From NCBI RefSeq assembly GCF_028641065.1, contig NC_073389.1, forward strand, positions 23,498,001 through 23,562,000: a stretch of 64,000 nucleotides of DNA. Reading direction: 5' to 3'. Below the pieces are notes generated by a model, which did no database searches, was not told the origin of the DNA, and worked only from the letters and a program-made list of their open reading frames with translations. Made by a program: the position numbers and the translations under genes. Below are positions 27,106 through 40,152 of this stretch, piece by piece (position 1 is the stretch's first letter; the number at the start of each line of letters is the position of its first letter). Origin of the DNA: Leucoraja erinacea (taxonomy: Eukaryota).

Positions 27106-28164
27106 CCTGTACACCACTCTGCCACCCCATGCATCACTGACTTTGCAACAATTTTTTTGAAAAACAACATTTGCAGTTCCTTGTTTCTACCTATTTGCTT
27201 CTTTGGTGACAAGAAAAAGGAAATAACTAATGAAGTCCTTCAGAGAACACCAGTGGTTCTATTGACTTGTTATTACTTATGCACAACCATGAGGGTTCTA
27301 TTACTTTGTTAATACAGAAATATGCACGGGATGGAACTTTCTGATGCACATTTAATTTCAATGGGTTTTTAAACAAAAAAATCATGATGTGATATTTTAA
27401 AAACCGCTTAGCGGTTTTCCATCCTAGTGCAACAAATTTAGTGCTGTCTACTTGTAAAATATATTCATTAAATATAGAAATTTTGATGCCACAGACTTGG
27501 TGGGCTAATTTGTTTACTTCCAGGCTATATCTCTCTCTGATTGGGATATCAGCCTCCTCACTTTAAATCCTTAAGATCAGGTAATTCTCCTGTGTAAGTT
27601 TAGTTTAGATATACAGTATGAAAACAGGTACTTCAGCCCACCAATCCATGCTGACCATTGATCACCCATTCACATTAGTTCTATGTTATCCCACTTACCC
27701 TACATATTAGGCACAATATACAAAGGCCAGTCAACCTACAAACCTGCCGTTTTTGGGATGTGGGTGGAAACCAGAGCAACCAGATTAAACCCACATGGTC
27801 ACAAAAAACGTGCAAACTTAACCCGAGTTCAGGATCAAACCCAGGTCTCTGGAGTTGTGAGGCAGCAGCTGTACCAGCTGCACCATTGTGCTGTTATATA
27901 TATATTTGTTTTTAATTGCCTCACTTTTTGGTAGGGATGAAAACTATTTTGGGCACTTTTCAAATAAATTATAGATTTCACTCGTGTTCAAACTGGCCTC
28001 AACCACTACAACAGAAACAGATTAATTAGCCTTTCATCTAACATTTTTGGTCTTTGCTACATACATATTTTCTGCCTATTTTTTGCTTAACGATAGGGTA
28101 CATATTTCAAAATGAATTCATCGTGTGTAAAGTGCTTTGGTGGACCCAGAGGATATTCTGTAAA

Positions 28165-28259
28165 GGTGGACAAAAATGCTGGAGAAACTCAGCGGGTGAG
28201 GCAGCATCTATGGAGCGAAGGAAATATGCATCGTTTCGGGTCTAAAACCTTCTTCTGAC
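28165..28259 (-). mobile_element. Solo Penelope terminal-repeat fragment with TSD
   Basis: Flanked by aggatattctgtaaa (28150-28164) and aggatgttctgtaaa (28260-28274). Confidence 0.75.
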
Positions 28260-29078
28260 AGGATGTTCTGTAAATGCAAGTTTTTAACTAAAAACTTTAT
28301 TAGAATATACTGCCAACCTTTAGTAAGAAATACAACAACGTATCTTGTGCTTGATAACTTCTCTTTTTCTTTAATTTAAGAGACTTTCAATGACAATTGG
28401 TATAACATTCACATTATGCACAATACAATGCAGAAGATAGTCCAAGCTGCAACTATGTTCTTTATTTCCAGTATACGTATCTTGAGAAAGTCAACTGTAT
28501 TAGATTCAAAAACAAAACAAAGTTAAATTGATTGTTTCACTTGTCTTCCTCACTGGCACCCACTTGTCCACACGTGACTTTTTTGTGCTTACAGGCCTGT
28601 TTTGCTGCTGAAAGTAAGAATTTCATGGTTCTGTTGTCGGCACATATGACAATTAAACACTCTTGACTTTCATAGAGGCATACGGCATAGAATCGAGTCC
28701 TTCAGACAAACTCATCTATGTCGACCAAGATGCTCCATGTATGCTAGTCCCATTTGCCATAACCCTCCAAACCTTTCCTATCCATGTACCTGTTGAAGTG
28801 TCTTTTAAATGTAAGTTCTATTATTGCTTTAGATCTTTTTAAGAATGTAAGCTTCTAAAAAAAGTTTGTAATATGGCAGCCTTCTAAAAATAACAATATC
28901 TTCTCAGGGGCCAAAAATTAATATAAAGTGAAGCATAGTTTCCTGTATGATGTGAAGTAGCATTAGTTCATGTAACATTCTATGATCAAGAAATGTTGGA
29001 GCAACTTAAAATGGGTACCGCACTTCTAGACCTCCGCATACATTCCAGAAAAAATAAATGTTTGGGAATGATTAAAGT

Positions 29079-29381
29079 TTATGAAAATAAGCACCAGTAA
29101 ATGAAATTAAAAAGAATAAACGCTGAAGGAAATAAAACTCTTGAGTAAGTGTCAATAGCATGATTGTTTTTTATAATAATTTCAACAATGTTACCCTTAA
29201 CTGATTTCCTTTTTCTTAACTGTTGACCGCCTGGATTTCGGCCAGTTGGGTGTTCACTAGCTTCAGTATTTGATACATTTAAGTGAGCTTCACCGTAGTG
29301 TGACAGATCCAGTTGACTGTCATGATAGCAACCATCGAAGGCCATTATTTGCGTCTGATTCAACCTAAAGGAATCTGAAAA
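29079..29381 (-). CDS. GABRR3: GABRR3 last coding exon (intracellular loop, M4, stop)
   Basis: 303 nt, TTTTTCAG|TTT. Encodes FSDSFRLNQTQIMAFDGCYHDS...NNHAIDTYSRVLFPSAFILFNFIYWCLFS*. MAFDGCYHD is characteristic of rho3. Confidence 0.93.
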   Translation of the reverse strand, partial: FSDSFRLNQTQIMAFDGCYHDSQLDLSHYGEAHLNVSNTEASEHPTGRNPGGQQLRKRKSVKGNIVEIIIKNNHAIDTYSRVLFPSAFILFNFIYWCLFS

Positions 29382-30371
29382 CTGAAAAATAATAATTCAT
29401 CTGTGATTCTCACTCAAACCAAGACAACCCAATTGAACCGAGTAATCCTTTTCATAATTGTACGTCTGTTTACCACACTTTATTTGAGTTTAGTTTATTA
29501 TTGTCACGTGTACCAAAGTACAGCAAGAGATTTTATTTGCATGCTATTAAGTCAGAGAAAAGACTACACATATACATGAATACAATCAAGCCGTCCACAA
29601 ACAAAGGATTCAACATTCAGTGTAAGATATAACTTAGAAGTCCGATAAACCCCTATCTAAGATAGATCAAAGGTTTCCATTGAGGTAGGTGGGAGGTCTA
29701 GCTAATGAAAGGACAGGTCAGTTGCTGATATTATATGTATCTTAAGCTCTATAAATTCACTTTAATAAAACCAAATAATTTCAGTTTCATTTAAAATCAC
29801 CTTCTTTCCTCCTTTCCATATAACAGGAAATAAAAAATCTGCTAACGTTATGTCCATTCAACAGAATTCTGACCAGTCATTAGAAATCTCTTAAAAACTG
29901 ATCCTGCTTAGCTGTTGGACAATCTATGTTTCTGTACTTTGTTGATTAATTCACCAAGAGGATGTTTAAATGGTGACAAGTGATCGTTAACATTAATCAA
30001 CTGATTGGACCCAAAATATCTGGATTACACTAGTAAATGCAGGCAATTACATATAAACTTTACAATAGATTTATCCTAATAAATGCTAGCAAATTCAAGG
30101 CTATCATTTGTCGAGTTGCACCGAAACTAGCTATGGGAAATTTGCCGTTTAATTTTGCAATGGCTTAGGCAAGGTGCTGCATCTTTTCGCGCCTTAATTT
30201 GTATGGTGATTTTTAGGCTGCAGAGAAAAAAAGGTTACATAAGGTTAAATTATTTGTGCTAGCTTTAATGTTGAGAAACGCTGGAATAGATACATGATAA
30301 GGGAATAACGTTTAGTGCCAGGTAAAGCCAGCAAAGTCCGGTCAAGGATAGTCCGAGGGACATCAAAGGGT

Positions 30372-31872
30372 TACCATAACCATATAACCATATAACAATT
30401 ACAGCACGGAAACAGGCCATCTCAACCCTTCTATTCCGTGCCGAACACACAATCTTCCCTAGTCCCATATACCTGCGCTCAGACCATAACCCTCCATTCC
30501 CTTCCCATCCATATAACTATCCAATTTATTTTTAATGATGATAAAAACGAACCTGCCTCCACCACCTTCACTGGAAGCTCATTCCACACAGCTACCACTC
30601 TCTGAGTAAAGAAGTTCCCCCTCATGTTACCCCTAAACTTCAGTCCCTTAATTCTCAAGTCATGTCCCCTTGTTTGAATCTTCCCTACTCTCAGTGGGAA
30701 AAGCTTTTCCACGTCAACTCTGTCTATCCCTCTCATCATTTTAAAAACCTCTATCAAGTCCCCCCTTAACCTTCTGCACTCCAAAGAATAAAGCCCTAAC
30801 TTATTCAACCTTTCTCTGTAACTTAGTTGCTGAAACCCAGGCAACATTCTAGTAAATCGCCTCTGTACTCTCTCTATTTTGTTGACATCCTTCCTATAAT
30901 TAGGCGACCAAAATTGTACACCATACTCCAGAATTGGCCTCACCAATGCCTTGTACAATTTTAACAGTACATCCCAACTTCTATACTCAATGCTCTGATT
31001 TATAAAGGCCAGCACACCAAAAGCTTTCTTTACTCCACCATCCGGACACCAAGTGGCGGTCAGTGTTGCCTTCCGGTCATGAGGGGGGCCCCCGGTGGGG
31101 GTCCCTCTACGCAGGGATTCTCCCCCTCTACATTGGGGACCTGGGGTGGAGGGTATTGCACCGAGGAGTTCCCTGCAACCTGTTTCTCTCGCGGTTCACA
31201 GACTCGCCAGCCGCCTGCCACTTTTGCGGGCTGGAAGAGTCTGTGTACCACGTGTACATGGCGTGCGTGAGGCTGCAGCCCCTGTTTGAATATCTAAAGG
31301 GGCTGCTCCTTGCCTTCTGGCTGCATTTTTCACCCACCATCCTCATCTTTGGACACCCTGTGCGTAGGGGAGAGGGTAGGGCTGAAGATGTCCTGGTTGG
31401 GTTGCTCCTGGGCCTGGCCAAGATGGCCATCCGCGAGTCACGGCGCCAGGCGGCGGAGGGCTCTACCCGGGCCAGCTGCCTGCCCCTTTTCCGGGGTTAC
31501 GTCCGTGCCCGGGTGGGATTAGAAAGGGAATACGCCCTGTCTGTGGGCACCCTGGGGGAGTTTCGGGACCGCTGGGCTCCGCAGGGTGTTGAATGTATCC
31601 TCAATAAGGATTGTATCATAATTGTATAATAGTTTATTATGGATATATGTTTGTATTGTATTTATGGTGGTGGGTTCTGGCTTGTTTTATTGTAGTGTAA
31701 ATATTATTTTTTAATAATTGAATAAATTTTTGGGGAAAAAAAAAAAAAAAAAAAAAAAAAGCTTTCTTTACCACCCTATCTACATGAGATTCCACTTTCA
31801 GGGAACTGTGCACAGTTATTCCCAGATCCCTCTGTTCACCTACATTCTTCAATTCCCTACCATTTACCATGT
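30372..31872 (-). mobile_element. CR1 LINE 3' part, split by a Tx1/L1-clade insertion
   Basis: ORF2 VNGRELKNVGEQRDLGITVHSSLKVESHVDRVVKKAF (31761-31870) continues as LAFINQSIEYRSW...RPILEYGVQFWSP (30479-31030). 3' end has (ATATGGTT)n. Confidence 0.93.
31034..31756 (+). mobile_element. 5'-truncated Tx1-like LINE with poly(A) and 15-bp TSD
   Basis: Open ORF 31063-31629 with WRVLH and CCHC knuckle CHFCGLEESVYHVYMAC. AATAAA at 31721, pure A-tail, TSD aaaagctttctttac at 31019-31033 and 31757-31771. Confidence 0.9.
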
Positions 31873-31917
31873 AATTCCTAATGTACGTCCATGTACTGCC
31901 GTAAGTTCAGGTTTTCA

Positions 31918-32210
31918 TGGTGGCAACAATGGTTCAGCGATAGAGTTACTGCCTTACAGTGCCAGACAGCCAAGTTCAATCCAGACCGGGTGCAGTCTGT
32001 ACGGAATTTGTACATTCTCCTCATGACCGCATGGGTTTTCTCCCACATTCCAAAGACATGCGATTTGGTAGGTTTACTGGCCTCTACATTGTCTCTAGTG
32101 TGTAGAATGCAAAACCGGGATTACATAGAAAGAGTGTAGGGGTGATCGTTGATCGGTGCGGAGTCGGTGGGCTGCAGGACCTGTTTCTATGCTGCATGTC
32201 TAAACTAAAC
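31918..32210 (+). mobile_element. HE1-like SINE
   Basis: Head, core and (TAAAC)n tail. Confidence 0.8.
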
Positions 32211-33039
32211 GAAACCAACGGGTTTCTGTGTCGTTTCTGTAATCCCCCCTTGTCCTATATGAATCATTACCTGATTTCTCCTCAAGTTTTGAATTAAATC
32301 CTTCAATGTATCACTGTATTTGTACTTGCAGTGTTGCAGACAGGCATCTTGTGTGGTGCTGGTTTAATCCATTTAAATAGTGATCTTGTGGCATAATATG
32401 AAACCATGTTCTATACAACCTCTATCATCATGAGTTACCAACTAATGCAGAAGCATCTGTGATGCTCCAGCCATCAATGAAGTACCACATTGCCCCATCA
32501 TTATTTAAAGAGTTTGCCTCCCATCACACTATGAAAGGTTCACAGATGCTATAGAAAACTTTATAGCCATTAAGGCAATTGTTTATCTTGAAGCATTCTT
32601 TTAAATGTTTTATACAGCCGTTTGCCATTTGCCAGTACCTGTAGAATCAAACACAATTTCCTTTGTTACTATCATTATACTGTCCCTGGAAGCTTCTCTA
32701 CATTAACTGCTTTTGCAATTCAGACTAATTTGTCCCATGGATCTGCAGCTTGGCACATGGATGGACTGAAAATCAATGTTCGTTTCTTGAACAGAGCAGA
32801 AATTATATTGGAGTGCATTTCCTTGGTGGTGCTCCTCATGGTTTTCTACTATTAATTGAGAAGCATAGTCATGGAACCAGCATAAACACCAGACTAATGT
32901 TTCCTCTCAACTCTATGAGTATTTGACTGGTTGATATTCTTTGCTTCAACATGCGACTGCAGATCTTCTTTTCACCCTTTATCTCCTTTTTTGTTGTTTT
33001 TTCCTCTTTCTGCAGTTGTTTCTTTGTTTGCCCCAGTGA

Positions 33040-33920
33040 TTCCATAAAACATAGGAGCTGAATCAGGCTATTTGGCCCATTAAGTCTGCTCTTCCATTCT
33101 GATCTAATTTTACCTCTCAACCCCGTTCTCCTGCCCTCTCCCCGTAACCTTTGACACCCTGATTAATCAAGAACCTATTAATTGATGCTTTAAAAATACC
33201 CAATGACAACCTCCACAGCTGTCTGTGGCAATGAATTCCACAGATTCGCCGTCCACTGGCTAAAGAAATTCCTCCTCATCTCCATTTCTAAAGGTACTTC
33301 CTTTCATTCTGAGGCTGTGCTCTCTGTTCCGAGACTCTCCTATTACTCTCCACATCCACTCAATCTAGGCCTTTCATTATTCGGTAGGTTTTAATGAGAT
33401 CATCCTTCTAAACTGCAGCAGGTACAAGCTCAGCCATCAAACGCTCCTCAGACTGTACATTAACCCAATCATTCCTGGGATCTGGGATTCTTCCATTTTC
33501 TGCCCAGTGTGTCTGTACTTCACTATCCATGTTTCTATGATGGTATCTTCAATTCTTTCTTTCCCTTTCACTATTTTTTACTGCATTTTATTTTCTCATC
33601 TCATTCAGTGGATGTGTCTCTTGCCCAGAGCTGGTGAATCGAGGACCAGAGGACATAGGTTTAAGGTAAAGAGGAAAATATTTCATAGGAATCTGAGGGG
33701 TAGCTTTTTCACACAAAGGCTGGTGGGTGCATGGAACAAGCTGCCAGAGGAGGTAGTTGAGGCTGGGACTATCCCAATGTTAAAGGAACAAACAGGGACA
33801 TGGATAGGACAGGTTTGGAGGATATGGACCAAATGCAAGCAGGTGGGACAAGCGTAGCTGGGACATGTTGGCTGATGTGAGCAAATTGGACCGAAGGGCC
33901 TGTTTCCGCAATGCATCTCT
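33040..33920. mobile_element. Two CR1 3' fragments (minus ~33040-33480, plus ~33610-33920)
   Basis: ESRTRGHRFKV...FFTQRLVGAWNKLPEEVVEAG motif and CR1 3' UTRs. Confidence 0.8.
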
Positions 33921-34018
33921 CTCTATGCATTTATGTATCTAATCCCTTTTGTGTACCAGCGCTTTACTTGTTGTATTACTATCACTTTATGTTCACCATC
34001 TCTATCTCTGTCCTTGAG

Positions 34019-34320
34019 TGGCACGGTGGCATAGTGGTAGAGTTGCTGCCTTACAGCTTCAGATACCTGGGTTCAATCCTGACGACAGGTGCTGTCTGTA
34101 CGGAGTTTGTACTGTCTCACCGTAGCCGCATGGGTTTTCCCTGGGTGCTCCGGTTTCCTCCCAGACTCCAAAGATGTACAGGTTTTTAGATTAATGACTT
34201 CAGTAAAGATTGTAAATTGTCCCTGGTTTAGGATAGTGCTAGTGTACGGGGTGATCGCTGGTCAGCATGGACTCGGTGGCCCTGAGGCCTGTTTCCTTGC
34301 TGTATCTCTAAACTAAAAGA
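34019..34320 (+). mobile_element. HE1-like SINE, well preserved
   Basis: GGTGGCATAGTGG A box, GGTTCAATCC B box, core, and tail ending CTAAACTAAA. Confidence 0.9.
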
Positions 34321-35192
34321 AACCTAAACTTCTATGTGTCTGGTTCATGGTCATTCTTTTTTTATTCTAGTATATATGGAATACCTAGTATTTTTTTATT
34401 CACTGATTAAGGGCATTGATGCCAACACGGCACTTAACACCCATTCCTAATCACCTTCAGAAAGTTGGTGATAAGCCGCCCAGTTTCAATTCCAGTTTTT
34501 ATGGTGAACATACCTTGAATAAGATTTACACCCACCGATTATAAAGCAACGATAATGCATTTCCAAGTAATTTGGAGAGGTGCCTGTAGATGGTGGTATT
34601 TCCCAGTCAATTGCCTTTGTCATTCTTAAGTGAATGCATTATGCAGTACTCTTATATAGATAATGCACACAACAGCCCTATTGTACGAGAGTGTTGAATT
34701 TCCTGTGTGTTATAGTAAAACTGTAATAATCAGGCTCACTTGGACCTTGCTGATGCCAGACAGGTAGATCTTCCAGACTATTGCATATTTTTCTGATTAA
34801 TAACCAAAATGTATTTTAAAATTCATAGTCATCGACTCAGATAGCGCAAAAACAGGCCCTTCGGTCTAACTCGTCCGTGACGACCAAGATGCCCATCTAT
34901 CCTAGTCCCATTGCCCCTGTTTAGCCCAAACTCGTCTAAACCTTTCCTATCCTTTTACCTGTCCAAATATTCCCTGAATGTTGTTATTATACCTGCCTCA
35001 ACTACTTCATCTAACAGCTTATTCCATATATGTTCCACTCACTGTATGGAAAATGTTGCCCCTCCGGTTCTGATTTAATCTTTTAATTAGGAAATGAAAA
35101 AGGATCTGTTACTAATTGGTGAAATAAACTCTTAAAGAAGCTACTTTTTTTTTTGCATACACGATAATTTAAGTTCAAGTTAATCATCTTAC

Positions 35193-35389
35193 CTTCTCTC
35201 TCTCTTTCATTTTCATCCTTTCTTCAACAGTGGTTATATAATTTACAGCCGCATATTCAATTATAGAAAAGAAAACAAAGAGAAAGCTGACCCAGAGGTA
35301 GATATCCACAGCTTTAACATAGGATACTCGAGGCATAGATGCGTTCACTCCAGTTATAATTGTCGTCATTGTTAGAATAATTGTAATTC
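35193..35389 (-). CDS. GABRR3: GABRR3 coding exon 8 (M2 and M3)
   Basis: 197 nt, TAAG|GA...AAG|GTAAGA. Encodes (G)[65 protein letters not shown]. Confidence 0.96.
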
Positions 35390-36449
35390 CTTACAATGAA
35401 AAAGAAAATACAAAGATTATTGATTGCACCAAGCTGACAGTAATTAAAAGAACTTGGATCTAAACTCTAAGTGCCCTGATACCTCTTTTTAAAAATAATA
35501 ATCCCATTATTTATTTCCCCAATTGCAGTCTAGCTAAATAGTCTATCCCTCCCATCTTTCCCTCTCTCTCTAAATAATGCAATTACAAGTGCCACTTTTT
35601 AATCTGTATGAACCAATCTGGAATTCAGGGAAACCTTGAAAGATGATAGCAATTGCATCTGTTATCTCCATAGCCACTTTCTTCAGATCCAGACAAACTA
35701 TTGCCCTTTAGGCCCATTAACTTCCCCAATGCTGTTTTGTTTTCAAATGCTCCTCACTCACTCTCCAGGTTTGCCATTATTTTCAGGACGTCATTTTCAG
35801 GGTGTCATTTTCCATGAAGTAAGATACTAAATATTTCTCTGTCATTTCCTTGTTCCACAATACAATTTGTCTTGTTTGAGTTTGCGAGGAACCCATATCA
35901 ACTTTAGCTTTTTTAAACGTATCAATGGACGCTCTTGCAGTTTATTTATGTATTTCTTATTAGATTAGCTTCTCTTTCCTTATCAATGCCTTTGTGCATC
36001 CTTGTTGATTTCTGAAATGTTCCCAGTTCACAGGCTTAATCCTTTCTTTAACAACATTTTACTTTGACCTACAAGCTTCGTTAGCTTTGATTCATGGCTG
36101 GACAAGTTTTCATGATCTTTTTGCCTTAAATGGGAGGACATTAGGCTTTGTATTCATTGTTTGAAAGTTATTGCTTGTTTACTGTCATATCTTATGATAT
36201 GAATAAGAATTAAATCACTTTCAAATGTGTAAATACAACTATAATCGTGCTCCAGAAAGAACAATTAACTACCAGATCATCAAATAAAACCCTGACATGA
36301 TTACACAATTTGAGATCCAAACTAGCAAGTTTCCATGTTGGCTTCTCTAAATACCACCATAGGGTAATCACTCCTTTTAAATTAAAGGAGTTCATACCAC
36401 ACACTATTACAGCTCATATGGTTTGTCCAATCTACATGTCATATACAGC

Positions 36450-36732
36450 CACAAAGTGCTGGAGTAGCTCAGCGGGTCGGGCAGCTTCTCTGGAGAAAAA
36501 GAATGGGTGATGTTTTGGGACAGAACCCTTCTTCAGACTGAAAATAGAGGATGGGGAAGAGAAGGGACCCTTTTCCTACCTCCAGTCCCCCCCCCCTACT
36601 TTCAGTCTGAAGAATGGTTCCGAGCTGGAACATAACCCATTCGTTTTCTGCAGAGATGCTGCCTGACCTGCAGAGTTACTCCAGCACTTTGTGCCTATCT
36701 TCAGTATAAACCAGCATCTGCAGTTCCTTCCT
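36450..36732. mobile_element. Palindromic Penelope-derived short element
   Basis: Arms of about 100 bp in inverted orientation around a ~45-bp spacer, each with a degenerate CTGAAGA...GAAAC motif. Confidence 0.8.
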
Positions 36733-37521
36733 GTACATGTTGCTTATAGTCTACTACTTTTGCATGTGCCTTTAATTACCTGATTTACTGACTGCAAATC
36801 CTGCCAATATTGTTTGCCTCTTGCAGTTTCTCAGTTCCATCCAAAGTGATCCTTCTTTTTCTGATCTTTATATCTTTTTTTAAAGAATGTTCTTTTTTTT
36901 TCATTTTCCCTGCTCTGACTTTGATTGGAGATATACTCTGATACTTGTTAACCCTTCCTCAAATTATCATGCCATTTGCAATCTTGAACTATGGCTTTGG
37001 CCATTTCACATTAACTTCCCATCTCAATAACACCTACATATCCTTTCCATTATTTAGTTTTAAAGTCTCAGCTGTAAAATAAATAACGCTGATTCCAACA
37101 CTACTCCAATATAACCTGTCCCAGTAAAAGAGCTTTCTAACTTCCTTCTTCCCCTGTACAGTTGCTTTTGCCCAAGAACTGACGGCCATTTCCCTCATAA
37201 CAATCATTGGGTCAAGCATTCAATTTGCTACTCTCATTTAATTCCCATACCTTTGCTCTATTACCAAACTATGCATATTTCAGGATCTCTAACTAAGCCT
37301 TACCTCCAACTGATTTTTATATTTTCACTTTTGTAATAAACAGGAATAGGAAGTAAAATAGGGACAGCTAAATTGTTCTTCCCAATATCCTTCAGTTAAT
37401 TTTGTTTTCATGGCTGCTATCTGTTAGCAGAGGATATGTTTCTGACCTTGCTGACATTGGCCACATTGGTATCCTTTACCTTGATAAACATAAGAAAAAT
37501 AATGGAAACAAGATAAATTAC

Positions 37522-37674
37522 CCAATGAAACACGCGCTGGGACTGCTCTTCTGTCAATCCAGAAGGAAACCCAAGACAGCATGACCATTAGCATGGTTGG
37601 AAAGTAGGTTTGTAAAAGAAAAAAGAAAATGTGCCTCCTTAGAATGAAATTAATAAACAATCTGTTGTACCAAC
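37522..37674 (-). CDS. GABRR3: GABRR3 coding exon 7 (M1, start of M2)
   Basis: 153 nt, CTCAG|GT...G|GTAATT. Encodes (G)WYNRLFINFILRRHIFFFLLQTYFPTMLMVMLSWVSFWIDRRAVPARVSL. Confidence 0.96.
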
Positions 37675-37897
37675 CTGAGAAGACAAAGAATTACAAAGAA
37701 ATTATGGTAGAATTTGCTTCTCGAACACAATCCTTGTTAATATTGAGCCATAAATGATTTAAAAAACCAGGCTTAAAGGTTTGATTGCTAATAAGAAAAT
37801 GTAATACCACATAATTTTCTGGAACAATTCTATAAAAGATTATATGTGTTGTTACAGTTTTCAGAAAGAAGTTGTAGATCTGAATAATTTTATTTCA

Positions 37898-38125
37898 GCA
37901 AAACACAAATTGCTGGAGGAACTCAGCGGGTCAGGCAGCTTCTGTGGAGAGAATGGATAGGCAACGTTTTTTGTCGGGACCCTTTTTCAGTAGAAGGGTC
38001 GTCTGAAGTAAGGTCCCGACCTGAAACGTCATCTATCCATTCCATCTACAGATGCTGCTGGACTCAAGTTATTCCACCACTTTGTGTTTTGCTCAAAATT
38101 CCAGCACCTGCAGTTCGTTGGGTCC
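37898..38125. mobile_element. Palindromic Penelope-derived short element with TSD
   Basis: Inverted arms flanked by tctgaataattttat (37879-37893) and tctgataattttat (38129-38142). Confidence 0.8.
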
Positions 38126-38775
38126 CTCTCTGATAATTTTATGTTGATTTCTTTGTTTATAACTGCAGAATCACCCAATAATACTGAACTTAATTACTTC
38201 TCCATTGTAATCACTTACATATCTGCCATATCTTTTATTATGTTTCCAGAATATTTGTGATCCTATTTTGATTGCTGTTAGAATGACGATGGTCTACTTT
38301 TTTTTCATAATAGTTTTAACTTTTAGCATTCCTATTTTTAATTTTTAAAGCAAATGTAAAACGAGATGACAAGTATTTCAGAATACGTTAAATATCTGAA
38401 ATCGATTGTAGGAATAATCTGAAGAACATTTCATGTGATAACAAGTGATACAAATGACATGAATTATCGCGATTATTTGAGGAGTCATATAAGGTGAAAA
38501 ATACAGCCAGTCTAGCAGTAATAACATACATGGCTTTTAGAAAGAATACCATAAGCAGAGTTTAAAGAGATTTAATAAGTGGAGGAAAAAAATTATTACA
38601 AAGAGTTGTGACATTCGTACAGTTTTGTAAATAGGTTAATGATTGTTTTAGCCGCAGAGCATTATTCAGGGGATGATAGCTGAATATGTCATTGCCTTGA
38701 GTGAAAGTACAAATAAGATTCCAAAAGCCTATATTCACAAGTATCATAGTGAAAAGGCTTTATTATATCAGGAAA

Positions 38776-39090
38776 GAGCAGCACAGTGGTGTAGCTGGTA
38801 GAGCTGCTGGCTCACAGTGCTAGAGATCTAGGGTCAATCCTGACTTTGGTTGCTGTCTGTGTTAAGTTTGCACGTTCTCTCTGTGACTATGTGGATTTCC
38901 TCCTGGTGCTCCGGTTTCTCCCCACATCCCAAAGATGTGCGGGTATGTAGGTTAATTGGCCTCTGTAAATTTCCCCTAGTGTGCAGGGAGTGGTTGAGAA
39001 AATGGGATAACAGAAGACGTGAATGAGTGACCAATGGTTGGCGTGGACTCATGGGCTGAAGGGCCTGTTTCCATACTGTATCTTTCAATC
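38776..39090 (+). mobile_element. HE1-like SINE
   Basis: Head, core and (TCAA)n tail. Confidence 0.85.
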
Positions 39091-40011
39091 AATTCTATCA
39101 AAATTTGTTTATAACATAAATGAAGATATAACCTAGAAAAACCTAGTATCCCAGCATATTTTACAGCATGCTCTATGTCAAAAACACTAGAAAGTAAGTG
39201 CAAAATAGGCCTCCTGGACACTCAAGCCTGCGCTTCCATTCAATTGAGTCATGGATGATGTGCCCTGAGCCTCAATCTCCTATGTTAATTCCAGATCACT
39301 CATAAATATATATACCTCATCCTTAAACAGTGAATTCCAGTAATTCGCCACCCAGTCCTAATACTTTTTAAATTTTATTTTGTGACTATCTCCCCTCCTT
39401 CGATTTGCCCACTTGTCACAGTCATACAGCATGGAAACAGGCCCATCGGCCCCACTTGCCCATGCCGACCAACATGCCTCATCTACACCAGTCTGCCTGC
39501 ATTTGGTCCATATTCCTCTAAACCTATCCTATTCACGTACCTGTCCAAATGTTTTTTTAATTTCCATTATTGGAAATATCTCAACATTTTCCCCCTTGGA
39601 ATCAAACATGTCATTATATATTCCAAAGAAAATGGAAACACAAGAGACTGCTTATGCTGGAATCTGGAACAAAAGATAAACAACTGGAAAAACTCAGGCA
39701 AAGGTATGGTCACCACCAGATCAAAACCCTACATTTATTCTGAGAGTGTAGAGAGAAGTGTATACAGAAGTGAGAGGGAGGAATAAGAGAAACTAGATTG
39801 TAATAGGTGGAACAATAAGAAAAAAAAGTCAGATGAAGTATATGGAGATAATATACAGTATCATATTGTAACATAATCCGAGCCGCTGGCACTGTGAGGC
39901 AACAATTCTGCTGTTAGCATTGTACCACCCTGCCACTACACCACTCTGTAATAATGGTAGTGATGCAGATTCTGAAGGAATAGTAAATTTGTAATAAAGA
40001 CAGAAGCTCAC

Positions 40012-40152
40012 CAGTACTGCTGTAAAAAGCAAGTCCACTTGAAGCACGGAATTCTTGTATGAAAAACTGAGCAAGTAAAATCTGCTCATCTGTTTTAAGT
40101 GGTTCATTTTCATTCTTCCAGTGAAGCAGAAGATCTTTTTCATTATAGGCAT
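40012..40152 (-). CDS. GABRR3: GABRR3 coding exon 6 (loops B, F, C)
   Basis: 141 nt, GAAG|AT...G|GTGAGC. Encodes (Y)AYNEKDLLLHWKNENEPLKTDEQILLAQFFIQEFRASSGLAFYSST. Confidence 0.94.

Noticed and set aside
34019-34090. tRNA gene
   Set aside because: A and B boxes are present, but they form the head of a SINE followed by its core and tail, with no complete cloverleaf.
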